Assembly (NCBI GenBank): GCA_964016885.1
Contig: OZ024744.1
Span: 16,554,001-16,618,000 of the forward strand
Source of the DNA: Eledone cirrhosa
Taxonomy: Eukaryota
Length of the DNA: 64,000 nt
Reading direction: 5' to 3'
Under the pieces are notes generated by a model. That model had not been told where the DNA came from. It searched no databases and saw only the letters and a program-made list of their open reading frames with translations. The first letter of the stretch is position 1. Every line of letters begins with the position of its first letter. A program made the position numbers and the translations under genes. Below are positions 53,501 through 64,000 of this stretch, in pieces.

Positions 53501-56300
53501 CTGTGTTTACTGTAGTACTGTGTAAAGTGTACTGTTCACGTGAAGAATGTGTTCTGTGTTGACTGCAGTACTGTGTAAAGTGTACTGTTCACCTGAAGAA
53601 TGTGTCCTGTGTTTACTTAAGTACTGTGTAAAGTGTACTGTTCTCCTGAAGAATGTGTCCTGTGTTTACTGTAGTACTGTGTAAAGTGTACTGTTCACCT
53701 GAAGAATATATCGCGTGTTTACTGTAGTACTGTGTAAATTGTACTGTACACGTGAAGAATGTGTCCTGTGTTTACTGTAGTACTGTGTAAAGTGTACTGT
53801 TCACGTGAAGAATGTGTCCTGTGTTGACTGCAGTACTGTGTAAAGTGTACTGTTCAGCTGAGGAATGTTTCCTGCGTTTACTTTAGTACTGTGTAAAGTA
53901 TACTGTTCACCTGACGAATGTGTCCTGTGTTTACTGTAGTACTGTGTAAAGTGTACTGTTCACCTGAAGAATGTGTCCTGTGTTTACTGTAGTACTGTGT
54001 AAAGTGTACTGTTCAGCTGAAGAATGTCTCCTGTGTTTACTGTAGTACTGTGTAAAGTGTACTGTTTAGCTGAAGAATGTGTCCTGTGTTTACTGTAGTA
54101 ATGTGTAAAGTGTGCTGTTCAGCTGAAGAATGTGTCCTGTGTTTACTGTAGTAATGTGTAAAGCGTACTGTTCACCTGAAGAATATGTCCCGTGTTTACT
54201 GTAGTACTGTGTAAAGTGTACTCTTCACCTGAAGAATGTGTCCTGTGTTTACTGTAGTACTGTGTAAAGTATAAGGCACAGCTGAAGAAAGTGTCCTGTG
54301 TTCACTGTAGTACTGTGTAAAGTGTACTGTTCACCTGAAGAATGTGTACTGTGTTTACTGTAGTACTGTGTAAAGTGTACTCTTCACCTGAAGAATGTGT
54401 CCTGTGTTTACTGTAGTACTGTGTAAAGTGTACTGTTCACCTGAAGAATGTGTCCTGTGTTTACTGTTTTACGCTTGTACTGTGTAAAGCGTACTGTTCA
54501 CCCGACGAATGTGTCCTGTGTTTACTGTAGAACTGTGTAAAGCGTACTGTTCAGCTGAGGAATGTGTCCTGTGTTTTCTGTAGTAGTGTGTAAAGTGTAC
54601 TGTTCACCTGACGAATGTGTCCTGTGTTTACTGTAGTACTGTGTAACATGTACTGTTCAGCTAACTAATGGTTCCTGTGTTTATTGTAGTACCGTGTAAA
54701 ATGTACTCTTCACCTGAAGAATGTGTCCTGTGTTTACTATCGTACTGTGTAAAGTCTATTCTTCACCTGAAGAATGTGTCCTGTGTTTACTGTAGCACAG
54801 TGTAAAGTATACTGTTCACCTGAAGAATGTGTCCTGTGTTTACTGCAGTAATGTGTAAAGTGTACTGTTCACCTGACGAATGTGTCCTGTGTTTACTGTA
54901 GTAATGCGTAAAGCGTACCGCTCACCTGAAGAATGTGTCCTGTGTTTACTGTAGTACTGTGTAAAGTGTACTGTTCACATGAAGAATGTGTCCTGTGTTT
55001 ATTGTAGTACTGTGTAAAATGTAGTGTTCAGCTGAAAAATGTGTCCTGTGTTTAATGTAGGACTTTGTAAATTGTACTGTTCACCTGAAAAATGTGTCCT
55101 GTGTGTACTGTAGTACTGTGTAAAGTGTACAGTTCACCTTAAGAAAGTGTCCCATGTTTACTGTAGTACTGTGTAAAGTGTACTGTTCACCTGAAGAACA
55201 AGTCCTGTGTTTACTGTAGTACTGTGTAAAGTGTACTGTTCACGTGATGAATGTGTTCTGTGTTGACTGTAGTACTGTGTAAAGTGTACTTTCACCTGAA
55301 GAATGTGTCCTGTGTTTACTGTAGTACTGTGTAACGTGTACTGTTCACCTGAAGAATGTGTCCTGTGTTTACTGTAGTACTGTGTAAAGTGTACTGTTCA
55401 CCTGAAGAATGTGTCCTGTGTTTATTGTAGTACTGTGTAAAGTGTACTGTTCAGCTGAAGAATGTGTCCTATGTTTACTGTAGTAACGTGTAAAGTGTAC
55501 TGTTCAGCTGAAGAATGTGTGCTGTGTTTACTGTAGTACTGTGTAAAGTCTATTGTTCACCTGAAGAATATATCGTGTGTTTACTGTAGTACTGTGTAAA
55601 GTGTACTGTTCAGCTGACGAATGGTTCCTATATTTACTGTAGTAATGTGTAAAGTGTACTGTTCACCTGAAGTATGTGTCCTGTGTTTACTGTAGTACTG
55701 TGTAAAGTGTACTGTTCACCTGAAGAATGTGTCCTGTGTTTACTGTAGTACTGTGTAAAGTGTACTGTTCACCTGAAGAATGTGTCCTGTGTTTACTGTA
55801 GTACTGTGTAAAGTATACTGTTCACCTGAAGAATGTGTCCCGTGTTTACTGTAGTACTGTGTAAAGTGTACTGTTCAGCTGAAGAATGTTTCCTGTGTTT
55901 ACTGTAGTACTGTGTAAAGTGTACTGTTCACCTGACGAATGTGTCCTGTGTTTACTGTAGTACTGTGTAAAGTGTACTGTTCACCTGACGAATGTGTCCT
56001 GTGTTTACTGTAGTACTGTGCAAAGTGTACTGTTCAGCTGAAGAATGTGTCCTGTGTTTACTGTAGTACTGTGTAAAGTGTACTGTTCACCTGAAGAATG
56101 TGTCCTGTGTTTACTGTAGTAATGAGTAAAGTGTGCTGTTCAGCTGAAGAATGTGTCCTGTGTTTACTGTAGTAATGTGTAAAGTGTACTGTTCACCTGA
56201 AGAATATGTCCCGTGTTTACTGTAGTACTGTATAAAGTGTACTCTTCACCTGAAGAATGTGTCCTGTGTTTACTGTAGTACTGTGTAAAGTGTACTCTTC
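50530..56300. repeat. Duplicated block at offset ~3,188 bp (60 monomers + 8 bp)
   Basis: TTTACGCT at 51280/54468. The private variants CACCCGACG, GTCTATTCTTC, GGACTTTG and AATGAGTAAAG recur in the same order at this offset. Boundaries are approximate. Confidence 0.8.
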
Positions 56301-59300
56301 ACCTGAAGAATGTGTCCTGTGTTTACTGTAGTACCGTGTAAAGTGTACTGTTCACCTGAAGAATGTGTCCTGTGCTTACTGTTTTACGCTGGTACTGTGT
56401 AAAGCGTACTGTTCACCTGACGAATGTGTCCTGTGTTTACTGTAGAACTGTGTAAAGTGTACTGTATAGCTGAGGAATGTGTCCTGTGTTTACTGTAGTA
56501 GTGTGTAAAGTGTACTGTTCACCTGACGAATGTGTCCTGTGTTTACTGTAGTACTGTGTAAGATGTACTGTTCAGCTAACTAATGGTTCCTGTGTTTACT
56601 GTAGTACCGTGTAAAATGTACTCTTCACCTGAAGAATGTGTCCTGTGTTTACTATCGTACTGTGTAAAGTCTACTCTTCACCTGAAGAATGTGTCCTGTG
56701 TTTGCTGCAGTACTGTGTAAAGTGTACCGTTCAGCTGAAGAATGTGTCCTGTGTTTACTGTAGCACTGTGTAAAGTATACTGTTCACCTGAAGAATGTGT
56801 CCTGTGTTTACTGTAGTAATGTGTAAAGTGTACTGTTCACCTGACGAATGTGTCCTGTGTTTACTGTAGTAATGCGTAAAGTGTACTGTTCACCTGAAGA
56901 ATGTGTCCTGTGTTTACTGTAGTACTGTGTAAAGTGTACTGTTCACATGAAGAATGTGTCCTGTGTTTATTGTAGTACTGTGTAAAATGTAGTGTTCAGC
57001 TGAAGAATGTGTCCTGTGTTTAATGTAGGACTGTGTAAATTGTACTGTTCACCTGAAAAATGTGTCCTGTGTGTACTGTAATACTGTGTAAAGTGTACAG
57101 TTCACCTTAAGAAAGTGTCCCATGTATACTGTAGTACTGTGTAAAGTGTACTGTTCACCTGAAGAACGAGTCCTGTGTTTACTGTAGTACTGTGTAAAGT
57201 GTACTGTTCACGTGAAGAATGTGTTCTGTGTTGACTGTAGTACTGTGTAAAGTGTACTGTTCACCTGAAGAATGTGTCCTGTGTTTACTGTAGTACTGTG
57301 TAACGTGTACTGTTCACCTGAAGAATGTGTCCTGCGTTTACTGTAGTACTGTGTGAATTGTACTGTTCACCTGAAGAATGTGTCGTGTGTTTACTGTAGT
57401 ACCGTGTAAAGTGTACTGTTGACCTGAAGAATGTGTCCTGTGTTTACTGTAGTACTGTGTAACGTGTACTGTTCACCTGAAGAATGTGTCCTGTGTTTAC
57501 TCTAGTACTGTGTAAAGTGTTCTGTTCACCTGAAGAATATGTCCTCTGTTTAACATAGTAATGTGTAAAGTGTACTGTTCACCTGCAGAATGTGTCCTGT
57601 GTTTACTGTGGTACTGTGTAAAGTGTACTGTTCAGCTGAAGAATGTGTCGTGTGTTTACTGTAGTACCGTGTAAAGTGTACTGTTGACCTGAAGAATGTG
57701 TCCTGTGTTTACTGTAGTACTGTGTAACGTGTACTGTTCACCTGAAGAATGTGTCCTGTGTTTACTCTAGTACTGTGTAAAGTGTACTGTTCACCTGAAG
57801 AATATGTCCTCTGTTTAACATAGTAATGTGTAAAGTGTACTGTTCACCTGCAGAATGTGTCCTGTGTTTACTGTGGTACTGTGTAAAGCGTACTCTTCAG
57901 CTGAAGAATGTGTCCTGTGTTTACTGTAGTACTGTGTACAGTCTACTGTACAGTTGAAGAATGTGTCCCGTGTTTACTGTAGTACTGTGTAACCTGTACT
58001 GTTCACTTGAAGAATGTGTCCTGTGTTTACTGTAGTACTGTTTAAAGTGTACTGTTCAGCTGAAGAATGTGTCCCGTGTTTACTGTAGTACTGTGTAACG
58101 TGTACTGTTCACCTGAAGAATGTGTCCTATCTTTACTGTAGTACTGCGTAAAGTGTACTGTTCAGCTGAGGAATGTGACCTGTGTTTACTGTGGTAGTGT
58201 GTAAAGTGTACTGTTCAGCTGAAGAATGTGTACTGTGTTTACTGTAGTACTGTGTAAAGTGTACTGTTCACCTGAAGAATGTGTCCTGTGTTTACTGTAG
58301 TACTGTGTAAAGTGTACTGTTCACGTGAAGAATGTGTCCTGTGTTGACTGCATTACTGTATAAAGTGTACTGTTCACCTGAAGAATGTGTCCTGTGTTTA
58401 CTTAAGTACTGTGTAAAGTGTACTGTTCTCCTGAAGAATGTGTCCTGTGTTTAGTGTAGTACTGTGTAAAGTGTACTGTTCACCTGAAGAATATATCGTG
58501 TGTTTACTGTAGTACTGTGTAAATTGTACTGTACACGTGAAGAATGTGTTCTGTGTTGACTGTAGTACTGTGTAAAGTGTACTGTTCAGCTGAAGAAAGT
58601 GTCCTGTGTTCACTGTAGTACTGTGTAAAGTGTACTGCTCAGCTGAAGAATGCCTCCTGTGTTTACTGTAGTACTGTGTAAAGTGTACTGTTTAGCTGAA
58701 GAATGTGTCCTGTGTTTACTGTAGTAATGTGTAAAGTGTGCTGTTCAGCTGAAGAATGTGTCCTGTGTTTACTGTAGTAATGTGTAAAGTGTACTGTTCA
58801 CCTGAAGAATATGTCCCGTGTTTACTCTAGTACTGTGTAAAGTATAATGCACAGCTGAAGAAAGTGTCCTGTGTTCACTGTAGTACTGTGTAAAGTGTAC
58901 TCTTCACCTGAAGAATGTGTCCTGTGTTTACTGTAGTACTGTGTAAAGTGTACTGTTCACCTGAAGAATGTGTCCTGTGTTTACTGTTTTACGCTGGTAC
59001 TGTGTAAAGCGTACTGTTCACCTGACGAATGTGTCCTGTGTTTACTGTAGAACTGTGTAAAGCGTACTGTTCAGCTGAGGAATGTGTCCTGTGTTTTCTG
59101 TAGTAGTGTGTAAAGTGTACTGTTCACCTGACGAATGTGTCCTGTGTTTACTGTAGTACTGTGTAACATGTACTGTTCAGCTAACTAATGGTTCCTGTGT
59201 TTACTGTAGTACCGTGTAAAATGTACTCTTCACCTGAAGAATGTGTCCTGTGTTTACTATCGTACTGTGTAAAGTCTATTCTTCACCTGAAGAATGTGTC

Positions 59301-61800
59301 CTGTGTTTACTGTAGCACAGTGTAAAGTATACTGTTCACCTGAAGAATGTGTCCTGTGTTTACTGTAGTAATGTGTAAAGTGTACTGTTCACCTGACGAA
59401 TGTGTCCTGTGTTTACTGTAGTAATGCGTAAAGTGTACTGTTCACCTGAAGAATGGGTCCTGTGTTTACTGTAGTACTGTGTAAAGTGTACTGTTCACAT
59501 GAAGAATGTGTCCTGTGTTTATTGTAGTACTGTGTAAAATGTAGTGTTCAGCTGAAGAATGTGTCCTGTGTTTAATGTAGGACTTTGTAAATTGTACTGT
59601 TCACCTGAAAAATGTGTCCTGTGTGTACTGTAGTACTGTGTAAAGTGTACAGTTCACCTTAAGAAAGTGTCCCATGTTTACTGTAGTACTGTGTAAAGTG
59701 TACTGTTCACCTGAAGAACGAGTCCTGTGTTTACTGTAGTACTGTGTAAAGTGTACTGTTCACGTGAAGAATGTGTTCTGTGTTGACTGTAGTACTGTGT
59801 AAAGTGTACTGTTCACCTGAAGAATGTGTCCTGTGTTTACTGTAGTACTGTGTAACGTGTACTGTTCACCTGAAGAATGTGTCCTGTGTTTACTGTAGTA
59901 CTGTGTAAAGTGTACTGTTCACCTGAAGAATGTGTCCTGTGTTTATTGTAGTACTGTGTAAAGTGTACTGTTCAGCTGAAGAATGTGTCCTCTGTTTACT
60001 GTAGTAACGTGTAAAGTGTACTGTTCAGTTGAAGAATGTGTGCTGTGTTTACTGTAGTACTGTGTAAAGTGTATTGTTCACCTGAAGAAAGTGTCCTGTG
60101 TTTACTGTAGTACTGTGTAAAGTGTACTGTTCAGCTGACGAATGGTTCCTGTATTTACTGTAGTAATGTGTAAAGTGTACTGTTCACCTGAAGAATGTGT
60201 CCTGTGTTTACTGTAGTAACGGGGAAAGTGTACTGTTCACCTGAAGAATGTGTCCTGTGTTTACTGTAGTACTGTGTAAAGTATACTGTTCACCTGAAGA
60301 ATGTGTCCCGTGTTTAATGTAGTACTGTGTAAAGTGTACTGTTCTGCTGAAGAATGTTTCCTGTGTTTACTGTAGTACTGTGTAAAGTGTACTGTTCACC
60401 TGACGAATGTGTCCTGTGTTTACTGTAGTACTGTGTAAAGTGTACTGTTCACCTGAAGAATGTGTCCTGTGTTTACTGTAGTACTGTGCAAAGTGTACTG
60501 TTCAGCTGAAGAATGTGTCCTGTGTTTACTGTAGTACTGTGTAAAGTGTACTGTTCACCTGAAGAATGTGTCCTGTGTTTACTGTAGTAATGAGTAAAGT
60601 GTGCTGTTCAGCTGAAGAATGTGTCCTGTGTTTACTGTAGTAATGTGTAAAGTGTACTGTTCACCTGAAGAATATGTCCCGGGTTTACTGTAGTACTGTG
60701 TAAAGTGTACTCTTCACCTGAAGAATGTGTCCTGTGTTTACTGTAGTACTGTGTAAAGTGTACTCTTCACCTGAAGAATGTGTCCTGTGTTTACTGTAGT
60801 ACTGTGTAAAGTGTACTGTTCACCTGAAGAATGTGTCCTGTGTTTACTGTTTTACGCTGGTACTGTGTAAAGCGTACTGTTCACCTGACGAATGTGTCCT
60901 GTGTTTACTGTAGAACTGTGTAAAGTGTACTGTTCAGCTGAGGAATGTGTCCTGTGTTTACTGTAGTAGTGTGTAAAGTGTACTGTTCACCTGACGAATG
61001 TGTCCTGTGTTTACTGTAGTACTGTGTAAGATGTACTGTTCAGCTAACTAATGGTTCCTGTGTTTACTGTAGTACCGTGTAAAATGTACTCTTCACCTGA
61101 AGAATGTGTCCTGTGTTTACTATCGTACTGTGTAAAGTCTACTCTTCACCTGAAGAATGTGTCCTGTGTTTGCTGCAGTACTGTGTAAAGTGAACCGTTC
61201 AGCTGAAGAATGTGTCCTGTGTTTACTGTAGCACTGTGTAAAGTATACTGTTCACCTGAAGAATGTGTCCTGTGTTTACTGTAGTAATGTGTAAAGTGTA
61301 CTGTTCACCTGACGAATGTGTCCTGTGCTTACTGTAGTAATGCGTAAAGTGTACTGTTCACCTGAAGAATGTGTCCTGTGTTTACTGTAGTACTGTGTAA
61401 AGTGTACTGTTCACATGAAGAATGTGTCCTGTGTTTATTGTAGTACTGTGTAAAATGTAGTGTTCAGCTGAAGAATGTGTCCTGTGTTTAATGTAGGGCT
61501 GTGTAAATTGTACTGTTCACCTGAAAAATGTGTCCTGTGTGTACTGTAGTACTGTGTAAAGTGTACAGTTCACCTTAAGAAAGTGTCCCATGTTTACTGT
61601 AGTACTGTGTAAAGTGTACTGTTCACCTGAAGAACGAGTCCTGTGTTTACTGTAGTACTGTGTAAAGTGTACTGTTCACGTGAAGAATGTGTTCTGTGTT
61701 GACTGTAGTACTGTGTAAAGTGTACTGTTCACCTGAAGAATGTGTCCTGTGTTTACTGTAGTACTGTGTAACGTGTACTGTTCACCTGAAGAATGTGTCC
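54400..61800. repeat. Duplicated block ~54400-57340 vs ~58900-61800 (84-85 monomer offset)
   Basis: Marker pairs 54468/58988 (4,520 = 85x53+15) and 56383/60851 (4,468 = 84x53+16). AATGAGTAAAG is at ~56121/60589. Both copies hold two marker cassettes in the same order. Boundaries are approximate. Confidence 0.75.
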
Positions 61801-63309
61801 TGCGTTTACTGTAGTACTGTGTAAAGTGTACTGTTCACCTGAAGAATGTGTCCTGTGTTTATTGTAGTACTGTGTAAAGTGTACTGTTCAGCTGAAGAAT
61901 GTGTCCTCTGTTTACTGTAGTAACGTGTAAAGTGTACTGTTCACCTGAAGTATGTGTCCTGTGTTTACTGTAGTACTGTGTAAAGTGTACTGTTCACATG
62001 AAGAATGTGTCCTGTGTTTACTGTAGTACTGTGTAAAGTGTACTGTTCACCTGAAGAATGTGTCCTGGGTTTACTGTAGTACTGTGTAAAGTGTACTGTT
62101 CACCTGAAGAATGTGTCCTGTGTTTACTGTGGTACTGTGTAAAGTGTACTGTTCAGCTGAAGAATATGTCCTGTGTTTACTCTAGTACTGTGTAAAGTGT
62201 ACTGTTCACCTGAAGAATATGTCCTCTGTATAACATAGTAATGTGTAAAGTGTACTGTTCACCTGAAGAATGTGTCCTGTGTTTACTGTGGTACTGTGTA
62301 AAGTGTACTGTTCAGCTGAAGAACGTGTCCTGTGTTTACTGTAGTACTGTGTACAGTGTACTGTTCAGTTGAAGAATGTGTCCCGTGTTTACTGTAGTAC
62401 TGTGTAACGTGTACTGTTCACCTGAAGAATGTGTCCTGTGTTTACTGTAGTACTGTTTAAAGTGTACTGTTCAGCTGAAGAATGTGTCCTGTGTTTACTG
62501 TAGTACTGTGTAACGTGCACTGTTAACCTGAAGAATGTGTCCTGTGTTTACTGTCGTACTGTGTAAAGTGTAATGTTCACTTGAAGAATGTGTCCTGTGT
62601 TTACTGTAGTACTGTGTAAAGTGTACAGTTCAGATGAAGAATAAGTCCTGTGTTTAGTGTAGTACTGTGTTAAGTGTACTGTTCACCTGAAGAATGTGTC
62701 CTGTGTTTACTGTAGTACTGTGTAAAGTGTACTGTTCACCTGAAGAATATATCGTGTGTTTACTGTAGTAATGTGTAAATTGTACTGTACACGTGAAGAA
62801 TCTGTTCTGTGTTGACTGTAGTACTGTGTAAAGTGTACTGTTCAGCTGAGGAATGTTTCCTGCGTTTACTTTAGTACTGTGTAAAGTATACTGTTCACCT
62901 GACGAATGTGTCCTGTGTTTACTGTAGTAACGTGTAAAGTGTACTGTTCACCTGAAGAATGTGTCCTGTGTTTATTGTAGTAATGTGTAAAGTGTACTGT
63001 TCACCTGAAGAATGTGTCCTGTGTTTATTGTAGTAATGTGTAAAGTGTACTGTTCACCTGAAGAATGTGTCCTGTGTTTACTGTGGTGCTGTGTAAAGTG
63101 TACTGTTCACCTGAAGAATGTGTCCTGTGTTTAATGTAGTACTGTGTAAAGTGTACTGTTCACCTGAAGAATGTGTCCCCTGTTTACTGTAGTACTGTGT
63201 AAAGTGTACTGTTCAGCTAACTAATGGTTCCTGTGTTTACTGTAGTACTGTGTAAAGTGTACTGCTCAGCTGAAGAATGTGTCCTGTGTTTACTGTCGTA
63301 CTGTGTAAA

Positions 63310-63700
63310 GTGTACTGTTCACCTGACGAACGTGTCCTGTGTTTATGGTAGTAATGTGTAAAGTGTACTGTTCACCTGAAGAATGTGTCCTGTGTTTAAT
63401 GTAGTACTGTGTAAGGTGTACTGTTCACCTGAAGAATGTGTCCCCTGTTTACTGTAGTACTGTGTAAAGTGTACTGTTCAGCTGAAGAATGTTTCCTGTG
63501 TTTACTGTAGTACTGTGTAAAGTGTACTGTTCACCTGACGAACGTGTCCTGTGTTTATGGTAGTAATGTGTAAAGTGTACTGTTCACCTGAAGAATGTGT
63601 CCTGTGTTTAATGTAGTACTGTGTAAAGTGTACTGTTCACCTGAAGAATGTGTCCCCTGTTTACTGTAGTACTGTGTAAAGTGTACTGTTCAGCTGAAGA
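63310..63700. repeat. Local 4-monomer (212 bp) tandem duplication with variants private to the right end
   Basis: TATGG at 63344/63556 and CCCC at 63442/63654. Confidence 0.85.
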
Positions 63701-64000
63701 AAGTGTCCTGTGTTTACTGTAGTACTGTGTAAAGTGTACTGTTCACCTGAAGAATGTATCCTGTGTTTACTGTTTTACTGTGGTACTGTGTAAAGCGTAT
63801 TGTTCAGCTGAATGATGTGTCCTGTGTTTACTGTAGTACTTGGTAACATGTACTGTTCAGCTAACTAATGGTTCCTGTGTTTACTGTAGTACTGTGTAAA
63901 GTGTACTCTTCACCTGAATAATGTGTCCTGTGTTTACTGTCGTACTGTGTAAAGTGTACTCTTCACCTGAAGAATGTGTCCTGTGTTTGCTGCAGTACTG

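Larger units (their letters stand above)
1..64000. repeat. 53-bp tandem satellite DNA array, about 1,205 head-to-tail monomers, single orientation, running off both window ends
   Basis: The consensus TAGTACTGTGTAAAGTGTACTGTTCACCTGAAGAATGTGTCCTGTGTTTACTG recurs every 53 bp from base 1 (next copies at 54, 107, ...) to the end. Most monomers differ from consensus by 0-4 substitutions. Distances between diagnostic markers all resolve to n x 53 plus identified indels. Confidence 0.99.

Noticed and set aside
58398-58613. 71-aa minus-strand ORF
   Set aside because: It is the reverse translation of the same repeat, which has only two stops per 159 bp. Local variants remove them, and there is no other coding evidence.
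1-64000. Giant repetitive protein under a non-standard genetic code (one TAG, one TAA and one TGA per 159 bp)
   Set aside because: It would need all three stops reassigned. Every base is read in all three codon positions, and the indels (+8, -7, -2, +1, -1) do not preserve frame.
1-64000. CRISPR array or other repeat-spacer system
   Set aside because: There are no unique spacers. Every position of the 53-bp unit is conserved and variation is by scattered substitutions. No cas genes or leader are present.
1-64000. Tandem tRNA, 5S, snRNA or spliced-leader gene array, or a telomeric repeat
   Set aside because: The unit is too short, with no cloverleaf, recognisable Pol III boxes or T4+ terminator in the consensus. 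There is no G-run telomere motif.
1-64000. Rolling-circle or sequencing concatemer artefact
   Set aside because: Variants are shared in ordered, hierarchical cassettes with graded divergence, which random error on a single template would not produce.

Overview
The whole 64 kb window is one uninterrupted, head-to-tail satellite DNA array in a single orientation. It holds about 1,205 copies of a 53-bp monomer, consensus TAGTACTGTGTAAAGTGTACTGTTCACCTGAAGAATGTGTCCTGTGTTTACTG (about 40% GC, T/G-rich on +, no CpG). I saw no unique DNA, gene, RNA gene, transposon insertion, inversion or CRISPR spacer. The six supplied ORFs are chance read-throughs of the repeat. The informative structure lies in the variants. 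(i) A 61-bp monomer with an 8-bp insertion occurs 18 times inside a conserved multi-monomer cassette, at irregular spacings of 35-170 monomers, so the array is a mosaic of segmental duplications rather than a fixed higher-order repeat. (ii) A very young 5,839-bp (110-monomer) tandem duplication has a crossover that maps to 6 bp. (iii) An apparently ancestral version of the marker cassette sits at the right end. (iv) There is a short gene-conversion-like patch and a microhomology-flanked deletion. (v) Two apparently hypervariable sites coincide with the free positions of an E-box (CANNTG) and of a hammerhead-like CTGANGA box. An array of this size is typical of eukaryotic heterochromatin, but organism, chromosomal location and function cannot be determined from the sequence. 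All counts were made by eye.
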